Shown here: positions 63,546-64,000 of the stretch, in pieces
How the letters are laid out: each line of letters starts with the position of its first letter
Position numbering within the stretch: position 1 is the first letter of the stretch
NCBI RefSeq assembly: GCF_030028105.1
Contig: NC_092370.1
Location: 40,310,643-40,374,642, forward strand
Length of the DNA stretch: 64,000 nt
DNA from: Mobula birostris
Taxonomy: Eukaryota
Direction: 5' to 3'
The notes under the pieces: model-generated
What the model saw: only the letters and a program-made list of their open reading frames with translations
What the model was told of the DNA's origin: nothing
The model's database searches: none
Translations under genes and position numbers: made by a program

Positions 63546-64000
63546 CGGCTGTTGAAACAAGGCAAGTGCCCAAAAGACAGAGGGATGGAGAATTAAAGTG
63601 ATGAGGTCACTCTTGTGGAGTGAACACAGCTGTTGTCTAGAACAGTCACAGTCTGCATTTGATTTCAGTCAGCATGATGAGCACCAAATGCAGTACACTG
63701 GATTAGCAGAAATGGCAAAAGACCTGTAGATAGAAAAAGTTTAGGAGGATGTGGGCATAGAGATCTAGATAAATAGGCATTTTAATCAGCAAAGACACGT
63801 TGGACCAAAGGGCCTGCCTCCACTGCTTGAGTGAATTACCGTTCAATCTTGGGGGCCGTTTGGCTCACCGAATCATGGAAGGGAAGAGGCAAAATGGAGG
63901 CTGCTCCATCTCCCATGGCTGCTTAGGAAAGTCTTTTGAGCATTGTCTTGACTGATGGAAATGGAAGAGAGTTTCAAAGGGAAGAGTCCCTCCAGAAAAG

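Noticed and set aside
61407-64000. CYP7B1 exon 6 (FGxGxxxCPG)
   Set aside because: No such motif seen; presumably downstream. Its absence here is not evidence of pseudogenisation.

Overview
Vertebrate genomic DNA, inferred to be from a cartilaginous fish (shark/ray) because of the HE1-type V-SINEs and HER1/CR1-type LINEs. The only host gene I can support is a partial + strand CYP7B1 (oxysterol/steroid 7-alpha-hydroxylase): exons 2-5 at 41086-41219, 47145-47738, 49127-49333 and 61228-61406, all with AG/GT boundaries and compatible phases. Exon 1 (membrane anchor) and exon 6 (heme Cys) were not found, so 1-41085 is probably intron 1. Much of the rest is decayed transposons: CR1, Rex1/Babar-like and L2 LINEs, Neptune-type Penelope-like elements (PLEs) with GIY-YIG, several SINEs, hAT and Tc1 remnants, and one probable solo LTR. 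Most ORFs in the supplied track are TE fragments or their antisense shadows. Most interesting signals: (1) about ten minimal hammerhead-ribozyme motifs in PLE termini, plus tiny PLE derivatives whose ends fall at the predicted cleavage site; (2) a PLE whose 276-bp inverted repeats include about 37 bp of flanking DNA; (3) Met at the CYP7B1 I-helix position equivalent to human Thr297; (4) TE-poor, CpG-retaining intronic blocks that look like conserved enhancers; (5) an LTR with duplicated DR1 nuclear-receptor sites. I found no prokaryotic-type system, CRISPR array, rRNA or intact tRNA, and I cannot claim a wholly new system. Repeat boundaries are by eye and approximate; family names come from recalled consensus features, not database searches.
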